Shown here: positions 51,869 to 62,911 of the stretch, piece after piece
How the letters are laid out: every line of letters begins with the position of its first letter
Numbering within the stretch: the first letter of the stretch is position 1
Assembly (NCBI GenBank): GCA_964270895.1
Contig: OZ185437.1
DNA from: Podarcis filfolensis
Lineage: Eukaryota
DNA length: 64,000 bases
Reading direction: 5' to 3' (one strand)
The notes under the pieces: model-generated
Seen by the model: the letters and a program-made list of their open reading frames with translations, nothing else
What the model was told of the DNA's origin: nothing
Database searches by the model: none
Made by a program: the position numbers and the translations under genes

Positions 51869-52949
51869 CCCCAATTATTGATTTGGCTTATTTGCAGATC
51901 CTCTGATCTGTTAAATTTAAATAAATACAACCTTTCCCCTCCAATAAGGTGTATTGAGTCTTCTTTCAGAGTGTGCTGGCAAAAATTAACTGACATTACT
52001 GTAGTTGTCACAGAAGACATTTCTATTTGTCTCTCTTTTAAAAACTACAGATGTCTCAATTCTATCTCCTCGTAAAAGGCCTGGCTATTTTACATTTTGC
52101 AAACTTGGTTGATAAAATGCAAATCACTTTCTCCTTCTCTTCAATGTATTATTATTACTTGCTACTTCTGCCTACTGGCAGCAAAATATGTTGCTGTTTC
52201 AGCAAAAAAGAAAAGAAAAATAAGAACATGAAGCTTCTAAAGATTATGCCCTTTCTTAGAAGGCTCATGTAAATTATATAGTTACTATAGCTATCAGCGA
52301 TTTATGAGTGCATTTTTCTTTCTTTCTTTGTTCTCTCTGCGCCAAATAGTGGTTGATATCTCTGCTTATATTACTCAAGAATGTCTAATGAACACTAGTT
52401 GCTCGGCCCAATAAGATTTTGCCTAAATTCTTCAGCAAGAGCAAAAAACAGCTGGTAGTTTTCAGAAGGAAAGCAAAACTGGAGTTTCTGTTAGCAGATC
52501 ATCATTTTCAAAACTTTTTGAGTATATTTTAGTAGGTTGCTTCACCTACTAAACACCTATTGTGTGTTTGCTCTCCGTTGTACCTGTGGGAGTGACTCAC
52601 CGACAATCAGGGCTACGTAGCTTAGGCACCTCCAGAATGCTCATGTTGCAAACCTTCATTTGAAGTACACTGAGAATGAGGAACAAAACTGGAATCCTCT
52701 TTCACAGTGGATGAATTTTTGTTAGAAATTGTAGGACATATTTTGGCACAGCACCCCTAACATTCTTATTGAGAGGGGCTGTTTTTTTTTGGGGGGGGGG
52801 TTCCTGCTTATTCTGCAGAGTGGGGCTCTGAACTTCTGCCCCCATTAGTACCACTTTGCCACCTGTTCTATTTTCTTGATAGCCCTGTTCTGGTTACTAC
52901 TGCATCCTCTGACCACCATGGGCTTTTCCTTGATCTTTCATAATACTAG

Positions 52950-53270
52950 AATCCAGGATCAGCCAATGAAGCTGAATGGTGGAAAATTCAGGGTGGACTA
53001 AAGGAAGCATTTCTTCACACATGTGGTATCTGCTACCACAAGATGTAGCAACATGGCTTCAAAATGAGATTAGACAATTTCCTGATGGATAAAGCTCTCA
53101 GTAGCTACCAGTCATGATGCTCCCCTTGATGTCTCCAAATACCAGACTTTGGGTTCCAATAGCAAGGCAGAGTTATTGACCTAGATCCCAGAGGCATCTA
53201 ACAGACCAAAGAGAGAAACAGGGTGCTGAACTAGATAGGCCTTTGGCCTGATCCACCAGGGCTCTTCTAG
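52950..53270. mobile_element. CR1 LINE 3' fragments (plus-strand end followed by a minus-strand tail)
   Basis: GAAAATTCAGGGTGGACTAAAGGAAGCATTTCTTCACACA (CR1 ORF2 end) and the reverse-complement tail motif. Confidence 0.65.
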
Positions 53271-54038
53271 TGTGGTCAGCAGTAGACAACTTAAGCATGC
53301 AAGCAGAATTGAAGCAAAGTGCTTGGCTGAGGTGAGCTTGAGCTGTGCCCTTGCAATAATTTGAGCAGGGGAGTTTACATAGCTGACCATTCCCACCTCA
53401 CCCCTAGACAGATTTTTTGTAAGTTGGGGGTGGTTGGTGTAGATGCTTTATATGGAAAGAATCATTCAGTTATTACATGTTTGCACCTTGGCTCAGAGGC
53501 CTTTGGAGTTGCTTTCCCATAAAATAATTATTCTTGCACTTTAATGAAATATGCAGATTATTCATCTGCACAAATGCCATTTCAGTGATGGCATTCAGGA
53601 CCAAATTATCTCTTATGCATATTTTAAATTAATCAGGGGGAGGGGGGAGTCGTTTTATGAATGCTTAAGATGCTCTTTGTTTTTGTGCTTTAACTAGGTT
53701 TTCTCTTCGGCAGTTCATATTTGTGACATTGTGGAACTTACTTATGCATTTATTGACTGACAGCAGAAACATTTGCAGCTGCAGACATTAGCATTCCACC
53801 CCCCCTTAATTGTCTTGTTCCATTCGTTTGTGTGTTTATTTTCATGCAAAGTTGTTTCTTTGTGTTGTCTTGTACTTAATTCCTGGCCTTATTTAAAAGC
53901 AGACAGTTTTCATCTTAATCAGCTGGAGATTTTTTGTGTGTGTGCACACGTTTCATTAATTTCAACCTTTTGCTTTTAGTGGCTGGTGTATTTATTCTGA
54001 ACATTGTTTTTTGCCCCTATAAAAATCTGCTGGCTAGG

Positions 54039-54042
<4 letters not shown>

Positions 54043-54081
<39 letters not shown>
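54043..54081. repeat. (GT)n microsatellite
   Basis: Direct reading. Confidence 0.95.
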
Positions 54082-54084
<3 letters not shown>

Positions 54085-54810
54085 GGAGTGAGCTGCTTCT
54101 TACTTTCCAAAATGGCAGCTAATGCTTTTAACTGTTTGTTGCCATCTGCTTTTGTTGAGCACGAACCAGAATTAAAATCACTCCCGTCAGACTGCTCACA
54201 AAAGACATCTGCTGAGCATATAACTGTGGGTAAAAAAAGAAGAAGTAAATAAAATGCTGTGCTGTTTTTTAACGGGATCAGAAAATGATCAGATATTCAT
54301 ATTCAGGTTGCAGGACACCTGTTATTACTGATGTAACAGACTCAGAAGGCATTCAGCACCTCCAATATTGATTTAATCTCTGCAAAATATCTCCAACTTG
54401 AATGCTGAGCTCATAGTTAGGACCCCAGTTCATAAGTTTGCAAAACTATTCAGTCATATGGAACATTATTATATGCAAAAGACCACCCCGTCAATGGTAT
54501 GTGCAGCATGCATTTGGCACCTCTTTGCCTTCATAGCCATAGAACAAGAAAACCAAAGGAGGAAAATGTCTTTAGAATGATAAGACGGGGCAGAGGTGTC
54601 TTATATTCAATTTACACCCAGAATTGGATTGCTGTTAAATTGCTTTGCACTGACAGAGTGACACAGTACCCAAGGATAATAAATCTATGCTGGTGAATTG
54701 ATACCATTGTGCATAACCTTTACAGCCATGCTGAAGTGCACCTTCTGTCCCCCCCCCCTTTTTGCTGCACCTTCCCTCCTGCTACTGGCTGGGTTTTGTT
54801 TTTGCTAGTA

Positions 54811-55041
54811 CAGTGGTACCTCAGGTTACAGACGCTTCAGGTTACAGACGCTTCAGGTTACAGACTCTGCTAACCCAGAAATAGTACCTCGGGTTAAAAA
54901 CTTTGCTTCAGGATGAGAACAGAAAGTGTGCGGTGGCGACGGGAGGCCCCATTAGCTAAAGTGGTACCTCAGGTTAAGAACAGTTTCAGATTAAGAACAG
55001 ACCTCCGGAACGAATTAAGTTCTTAACCCGAGGTACCATTG
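54811..55041. mobile_element. Tc1/mariner-type MITE
   Basis: TA-CAGTGGTACCTC...GAGGTACCATTG-TA. Confidence 0.92.
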
Positions 55042-55116
55042 TAATCCTTTCAGGAGCTGAGTAGATTTGGGGAGGGGGGAGCCCTTGACATTTCTGTTTT
55101 TATGCCTACCCCACTT

Positions 55117-55524
55117 TTGTTGTTTAGTCGTTTAGTCATGTCCAACTCTTCGTGCCCCCTGGACACCAGGCACTTCTGTCTTCCACTGCCTCCCGCATTT
55201 TGGTCAAACTCATGCTGGTAGCTTCGAGAACACTATCCAACCATCTCGTCCTCTGTCGTCCCCTTCTCCTTGTGCCCTCCATCTTTCCCAACATCAGGGT
55301 CTTTTCCAGGGAGCCTTCTCTTCTCATGAGGTGGCCAAAGTATTGGAGTCTCAGCTTCAGGATCTGTCCTTCCAGTGAGCACTCAGGGCTGATTTCCTTA
55401 AGAATGGATAGGTTTGTTCTTCTTGCAGTCCATGGGACTCTCAAGAGTCTCCATGGGACTCTCAAGAGTCTCCTCCAGCACCATAATTCAAAAGCATCAA
55501 TTCTTCGGCGATCAGCCTTCTTTA
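55117..55524 (-). mobile_element. BovB (RTE) LINE 3' end
   Basis: VPWTARRTNLSILKEISPECSLEGQILKLRLQYFGHLMRR..SLEKTLMLGK is the BovB ORF C-terminus; tail GACTAAACGACTAAACAACAA. Confidence 0.92.
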
Positions 55525-57789
55525 CATCACCTTCCGTACATCACTACTATATGCTGCCGAAGCGAGCACGCCTACCCCACACTACAGGGTTATTTATTTT
55601 TTATTCTCTCTCTCTCCTTATTTGGTCAGTTGGCATTCAATGCTGGCAGGTAATGAAATCTAAGAACTTAATTGACAGACACTTTGAGGCATTATGGTCT
55701 TTAAGGGCACTCCTGATTCACATTCCACTGCCTTTGACTTGTGGGGATCTTTGGGGCTGCCCTTTAGGCCTGGCTTGCTGGGACCTAGGTGTGCATGCTG
55801 GATACACATATTCAATTCTCATTTAGCAGTTAGGGAGAATTTAGAGATAATTTTCTCCCAATCCCTGGCTGGGGAGCCAAATCAAACCCACCTGCCCATA
55901 CTTACATAACTTGGCATAACTTCTGTTGTCATATTTGAATAACTATTAATCATTGCTCTGTCTCTCAAGTCTTCTTCTATGGTGTGTTGGCAAAGTGGAA
56001 TGAGAGTGCTTTGTAACTATCAAAAGAAGTCCCTCTGTTACCAAACACAAGGTATTAATTAAAAGGCAAACTCTTGGATGGTGATTTTTAGATTCAGAGA
56101 GGATTATAAATATTGATTCCTAGAGCTGAAATTCTTTCTGACAAATCAGACTAAGAAGCAAACTGCCTGCATTACTAAATTGCATTCTTTCTTTCTTTTT
56201 GCAGCAATCTCAAGTGAACTCCCCTTCATTTCTCCTAAATAAGCAAATGATTTATTATCTATATAAATTCATGTGCATGAATGGGCATGTTTTATTTCAG
56301 TCCCACATAGTCCCTATGAGAAGACTGTATCAAGTCTACAAAACCTCCATGAAGTTTTTCAGAGAGTCATGAAGCCTTGCCCTGAAGAATTCTCTATCCC
56401 TAGTGCAATGTGCAATATATTAAACGAATGCAAATCTTCTCTATACCCATGCAAATTGAGTGCGAGAAAATAGCTTTCATTTCACCATTAGGAACTGATA
56501 TGTGGGCTTTGCATAAGCATAAATAGGGATACAAAATACAAAGCCAGTTGAAAATCATCCTCGGGATGTTCCAGATGAAGAAATGAAAATTGCTCCTTGA
56601 TTGCTACAGAGCTTTAATGGAGTCTGCTCCAAGCTCTTTCCCCTACTTCCATTCTGTCAAGTAACAATTGTTGCTACAGAGGATCAGCCAAAGGCATGAC
56701 TCACTCCTCTAAATGGAAGAAAGCTAACCTTGGCATCCTTTATTATGCAGCTCATTAATAATGCGGTCCATAATTCGAAATGGCAGGACAATTTGTCCCC
56801 ATGGAAATAATCCCAACGTAAATTTGTTTTGTGGTAGCCAAATCTTGCAGGGACCCAGTATCTCAAGTTTCCATACCTCAGATTAGGTCTTTAATTTACT
56901 TACACCCAAAGCATTTTTAAAAGAGGGATGCACCAATATGAATGGCATAGAAGTGAGAGTTCTGCTTTGAAGAAAAACCCTTCTCACCAAATAAGAAATT
57001 ACTAGTCCTCTCTGAAATCTCGTTACATCTTCATCGGCTGAAACAAAGAGATACCAATCAGAACCAAGCAGGAAAAATAGAAGTGCTGTTCTGTTCAGAT
57101 GACATTCAAAGAAAAATGCTTGAAATGTAGGTTTTTGAAGATCTCTGTGGGAAGACAGGATTGTTAGAGCCGAAGCATAAAATCTCATGCTGAGCACAGT
57201 TTTCCTGGTTGGAAACACACAAACACTCATATTAAATCAATAAGCCCAGAAGTTATCTAGAATACTTCAGTCAGAAAAAATAATGCTGAAGATGCTATTG
57301 AACTTTCATAATCCTATTTACTTGAGATTAAATTCAGCGTTAAAATCTTCTTTGGATTCTAATTTATCTTTCAGATCACTTGAATAAGTTGGTTCTTACT
57401 TGATGTTTTCCAGACCTATAGTTATGAAAACCTTTAAAGCAGGGAGGCAATCCGTTCATAGGAGTAACTGAAAAGGTGACTTAAATGTGAAAGAATTAAA
57501 CTGAAACCTTTTGTTAGACAGAAATTGGCACAAGCTGCTGGCAGGACAGCTGGTAGTTAATTTATAGGTGATGGTTTAAAACATTGTTTTCTTATTACTT
57601 TAAAGTGCAATCTTATATAGTTGGGGAGTGACATTCAAAGATGATCAGCAACTGCCTGGTCTGGCTCAAGTCAGCAGCGTGGAAAAGAAAGAGGAGAAAT
57701 ATGCTTTGGGGAAGGAGCTTAGTTCAGTAGTAGAGCATCTGCTTTGCATGCAGATCCAATTTTGGATCCTCCCGCTGCCCAAACTAGAT

Positions 57790-57897
57790 ATGCCTTTCTA
57801 CAAAGGAGAGTTGCCCCACTCCTTTGATTATTTTGGTTCCTTTTTTCTGAACCTTTTCCAACTCTACAATATCCCTTCTGAGGTGAGGTCCACCAGA
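57790..57897 (-). mobile_element. CR1 LINE fragment
   Basis: CCTTTTCCAACTCTACAATATCCCTTCTGAGGTGAGG.CCACCAGA is a typical CR1 ORF2 antisense segment. Confidence 0.65.
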
Positions 57898-58490
57898 CCC
57901 AGATTTGAATTTGCGTCAGTCCATGGCGGCAGCTTGGGCAGGCGGGGCCAAGGAGTGGACCTGGCTGCTGAAGTTGTCACTCTGGTCTGCCCCTAGGGCG
58001 TTTAAATGGACCAGTGCTGCTCTCAGCAGTGCAGTTAGCCCGGAACATCATGAGAGAACATCGTAGAGAAGGAAGAAGACCCAGAGAGAGGGTCCTCATG
58101 AGATTGTTTACGACGCAGTACAGGAGCGCCGGGAGCAGAGCCGCAGGGATCACCAGGATTCTCTGCTCTCGAGGAAGTGCGCTAGTGGCAAGGAGCAAGG
58201 CGCAGGCAACCCGAGCGGAGCATCAGCAGCAACGAGCCCTCAGAAGAGCTGAAGGCTCTTGGCTTGTTAGCCGCCCAAGCACCTTGGTGTGTTGGTTAGC
58301 TCAGGCGCCTTTAGAGGGGTTCTGTTCTGGTGTTCTTTGTCTTGGTGGATTGGCCGTGTGAAGAGGCGGGAGGGAACAGTCTATCTGGTACTACCTTCCA
58401 GACGGCTCCTGTTCCAGTGTGATCATTAGTGACAGCACCGGTGAGAGGGCTCCTGCTCCCTGGGGAGGGGGTGCTGCAACTGGGTACGCA
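57898..58490. mobile_element. GC-rich LTR-like insert; boundaries uncertain
   Basis: Abrupt GC/CpG rise; GC box GGCGGGGC and TTTAAAT; purine-rich body similar in style to the 14702 solo LTR. No TSD found. Confidence 0.4.
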
Positions 58491-61400
58491 AGTGCATTGA
58501 TGAAATCACAAAGGGTATCATAACATGCACTTGTTCAAGTCGCAGTGAACAAAGTAATCCTGATAGTCTTCCTTTTCACTACTCAAGTATTTGCAGAGAC
58601 CATCTCTTTTCTTCATGATCCTGAGGATTACCAATATAGATGAGAACGCCAATGCTGTTGGGCTCTCCCATTTGTTTCTGTGGGGATATTTTATCAATTA
58701 TTCTTTTTCAGTTTGTACCCTTGATGGGATTTTGCACAAGCATTAACACTTGCTATTAAATCATAAATCAGATTTATGATTTACGGATTTCAGATTCTTT
58801 TCAGCTGGCTTGCTGACCCACATTAGCATCTTTTGTCATTTTGTGACACAAACTATCCCATAATGAACATGGATCATATTGAATGGTGCTTCAGGTACTT
58901 CTCCGTCCGCCATGCGTTTTCTAAACTGTCACTGCACCTAATCCATTCTCAGCTAATCATTTGGCATTCGCATCACGTTTCTGGCGTCCAATTTTTTGAG
59001 CGCATCTCCATGCATATTTCAGGTCTGTCAGGAATATGACGGACTGCCTTTTATTCACTTACCGAGGTACACAGAAAAAGCCCTTTTCACTTTTGATCTG
59101 AAAATTTGCTACAATTAAGTTGAGACAGGAACACAATCAAATGACTGGTGCAAAACACAGTTAGTGACAGCAGGCAAAGTACTTTTTGCCAGTAAGCATT
59201 AAACTTGGGTTTTTAAAAAATCTGCTTCTCAGACTGACTTACTGGGTTGACCGAAAAAGACACAGGGAGAGGAAAAGATTCATGAACAAATATTAATCAT
59301 GATTCAGTTAGCAGTCAAAAAGGCCTTTCAGCTTGTGATAAGGGCTTTCCATGTTTACTAAAGTTTCAAGATGCTTGAAGACTGTGGTCATTAATTGCTG
59401 TTAATTATTATGTGTACGGTAGGTATCCTATATCATAGTTAATTCAAGCTTCACCACTACCTTGGAGCTGGATGGTTGTCAGTGGCAGAAGGGTGAACTT
59501 GAGTCCTAGATTTCGCTATTCACTAGCACAGAGTCTCTGCAGCTCAATGCAGATATTCTTAGATGTATGTGAATAATAAGTGTTTGGTGGCTCTCCACAT
59601 TTGCTGGTCTACAGCTCCCATCATTCTTGACCATTGGCCTTGCTAGCTGGGGCTGAGTCCAACAATATCATGTGGCTGCAGGCATTTTTTGTTTCCCTCT
59701 TCTATTTCTGCCTGAGGGGATATTGCACACACTAATTGTTTGTGGGCAATAAACCATCGTGCAAGGGTGGCTGTTTTGTGCAAGTTATAGGAGGAAAATA
59801 CAGAGGAGAATTGATTCAATATTCTTTTCCCTCTGCATGTTTCTACATTAAAATGGAAGATGGAAATTTGTCTAAGAATGGATGGCTAATGGAATTAAAA
59901 TGTCTTATAACAGCTGCTTAGGGTACTCTGGCCTTCTGGCTGAATGTGGTGCTGAAACACTTCAATTATTATGAAATCTCCAGCAGTTCAAAATAAATCA
60001 TTTAGGCTACTGCCAAACCAAACCCTGTGATTGTTCTATATAACAGCAACCGAAGACAGACTATCTGAAAAATGAATCAAATCAATAGAAGACAGGTAAC
60101 ATTAAAAAACAACAACAAACAGCATCACAATACTAGGGAAATTGTGTTAGTAAATAAATATTCATGATTACTAGTTATGTGAATGCATTCATTTTTTAGG
60201 GCAGAATTGTAGGGAAATCATGGTAATAGTTTGGTGTATGTAGCCATTCCCAAACTTCATTTTTATTAATAAAATCCTGATTTAAATGTTGTCCAATGCT
60301 TAGCATATTTCTGAATATGCAAACACAAAATTGCAGGCGTTTGGGGCTAAGGTACTCTACTTCTTTCCAACCCACAAAATGCATCAATAACTTTACTCTT
60401 TTTTCTGATCTTAATTATTTCAGTTGCTTAATTTGTTAATCCATGTACGGAAGCTACCGCAGAAGGGTGCTCTGAAGCGTACTAATGCCATATTTGCTGT
60501 CTCTGCCTTTGAAGCCAAGTGCCCTGGCTCACAGCAGATACACCTGAGGCTTGTTAGTCACGCTCTTCATTAGTCCAACATTGTCCTGGGATTAGCAGTT
60601 GTCTTCTGCCCAACCTCTTTCTCGGTGGAGATGCTAAATGCCCATTTAATTGCTGCACCAAACCTAGAGAAATGCACTCACCCTGACAGGAGTTCCTAAT
60701 GCAGATTAAACACATTTTTTTTTAAAAAAAACAAACCAATACAAACATAAGAGGACATTTAGTGCTGTTGCATCGTGTTAATAGTAGCACTCAATTATGT
60801 AACTGTGTGTGTACACAGAAATGTAAAGTACAAAAACGGGCACATCTAGGCCAAACCTGTGAATTAAATGCACTAAGAATGGGAATGAAAGCTAAAGGGT
60901 GGTGTGTATGAATGATCTGGCCCTTCTCAGCTCCATTCAAAGACCCTCTGGTCCTTTCTGCCAGAACTTCTTCCACCCCAGTCACCATGACTACAGGCTT
61001 GGCTGAGGAAGACACTCTGGTCCCCAGCTCTGCACTGCTTTACAGGCAACGGCCAATTTAAGTGTGTCCAAATAACATGTAATTGTCCACATGTGAAACC
61101 CAGAAGTAGCCCCCAAACGTCATAAAGACATCACCAAAAGGGGCAGAACGAGGTGGGGGTGGCAAGGACTTACACATGCTCCACCGACACATTGCGTAGC
61201 ATTAATTTGAGAAGCGCAAATTAAATAATTTCTCATTAAAATGTAGGAAAATACATATCTGCATGCTATAAAGTAGTGTGGGAAGAAGAAACTTGAAGGC
61301 TTGTTGAATGCTGGCATTACTGCGAGTTTAGAGACTCTGGCTACCCCTGTAGTGTTACAACCTTAATAAACAATTGGAAGCCAATATTAGTCCTGCTTAG

Positions 61401-61522
61401 AAGCTAGAGAACGTCTCTAAACTCTGCTGCAACACTCTTGGCTGCTCCATGGTGAGCAACAGGTTTCAGAAGCCAGCCAGGAGCAGTTTATGGGCCACCC
61501 TTCCCCATCCCCTTCCTGGCAA

Positions 61523-61670
61523 TTGTGCAGAAGGTCACAGGTTCAATCCCTACCAGGTAGGGCTAGGGGGAAACCCTGCCTCAAACCCCTGAAAACCACT
61601 GGCAGTCAATGTAGTCAGCACTGAGCTAGATGGGCCAACGGCCTGACCTGATAGAAGGCAGCTTCCTATC
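61523..61670 (+). mobile_element. tRNA-derived SINE (Squam3-like)
   Basis: GCAGAAGGTCACAGGTTCAATCCC...CTGAGCTAGATGGGCCAA...AGGCAGCTTCCTA. Confidence 0.75.
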
Positions 61671-62024
61671 TACAATTGCTGGATTCTGATAGATATTGCA
61701 AAGGGCACTTATTCTTCTACTGTTGGAAGAAAAACGTGCAATACTTAGCATCTCCAGTTAAAATGGGAAGGGAGCAAGAGGTGATAGGAAAGATCTCTGC
61801 TTGAGGTGCTGGAAAGGTTCTGTTAGAGTAGGCAATATGGGCTAAACAGACCAATACTCCGACCTGTTATAAGGCAGCTTCCTAGAAACATATGGATTCT
61901 ACAGCAGCTCTCTTTGCTATGGCTACTAGTCCCCATTAGTCTTGCACTTGTGGGTCAGGTTAGCATCAGAATTCACAAGGATCTGATTTCTCACATCATA
62001 AAACAGCATGCAAACACGGTGCTT

Positions 62025-62255
62025 TTTTAAAAAAAAACATTTTTATTAAAGATTTCTTGGTTTACAAAAGTATGTGCAATGTCTCTTTTTTCAAGTTACA
62101 TTTTCTACAGATAAGTTTCATTTGTTGAGACATTAGTGTTACATTAGGAAGAAAAAGGGGAAAGAGGTGGAGGGGGGCACGGTGAGTGGGGTTGGGTGGC
62201 AATGCTTCTGTTCTACTTAGTGTATGTGTGGGGCTTTGTGTCAGCGTCGCTTGGT
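62025..62255 (-). mobile_element. L1-like 3' UTR end
   Basis: TTTTTTAAAAAAAAACATTTTTATTAAAG has the same tail architecture as the 21146 L1. Confidence 0.55.
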
Positions 62256-62639
62256 GAGAGAGGTTGGGACTTTGATGTAGTTAGTCAGGGCCAGCCTGCC
62301 CAATGAGGGCAGGTGGAATGCCAAGTGTTAACGTCCCACAGGCACCCAGTTTCTGGCAGAAAAGTGGTGGCAGCAGCAAAAGCTTCTGGTGAAATCTCAC
62401 TGACATCTCAAGATCTCACTGAAATGTCAAACGACCTCAGGTCTGCCACTGCTGCTTCACATGTGCTGCCGCACAACCTAGGTGTTGGCGGCAGAGTGGC
62501 AGCACCTTCCCATTTCACCTCAGGTGACAAAAGAGGAGGTATCACCTGTGTCATTAGTTCATACATTGAAGGTGGAATCTTATATACTTTAGTTGCAATG
62601 GTTGCAGAGCTCTAAGTTTTAGCAGAAGCTCAGTTATCA

Positions 62640-62765
62640 ATTAAAAACAACAACAACAACAACAGCAATTGTACCCCACTCATCTGACTGGGTTACCCCA
62701 GCCATTCCAGGTGGCTTCCAACATATATAAAAACATAATAAAACATTACACATTAAAAAGCTTCC
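62640..62765 (-). mobile_element. L2 LINE 3' tail
   Basis: GTACCCCACTCATCTGACTGGGTTACCCCAGCCATTCC is the reverse complement of the L2 tail seen at 17410-17460. Confidence 0.75.
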
Positions 62766-62774
62766 ATATACAAG

Positions 62775-62911
62775 GGAAGACTCCCTGGAAAAGACCCTGA
62801 TGTTGGGAAAGATTGAGGGCACAAGGAGAAGTGGACTACAGAGGACAAGATGGTTGGACAGTGTTCTCGAAGCTATCAACATGAGTTTGACCAACTGTGG
62901 GAGGCAGTGGA
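62775..62911 (+). mobile_element. BovB (RTE) fragment, cut by the Copia insertion
   Basis: SLEKTLMLGKIEGTRRSGLQRTRWLDSVLEA; stops at GAGGCAGTGGA, where the 55117 copy continues into AGACAG. Confidence 0.9.

Noticed and set aside
55152-55826. 224-aa plus-strand ORF
   Set aside because: Antisense shadow of the BovB fragment extending into flanking DNA.
57628-58361. 122-aa and 115-aa ORFs
   Set aside because: Composed of SINE, CR1 and LTR-like pieces; no coherent domain.
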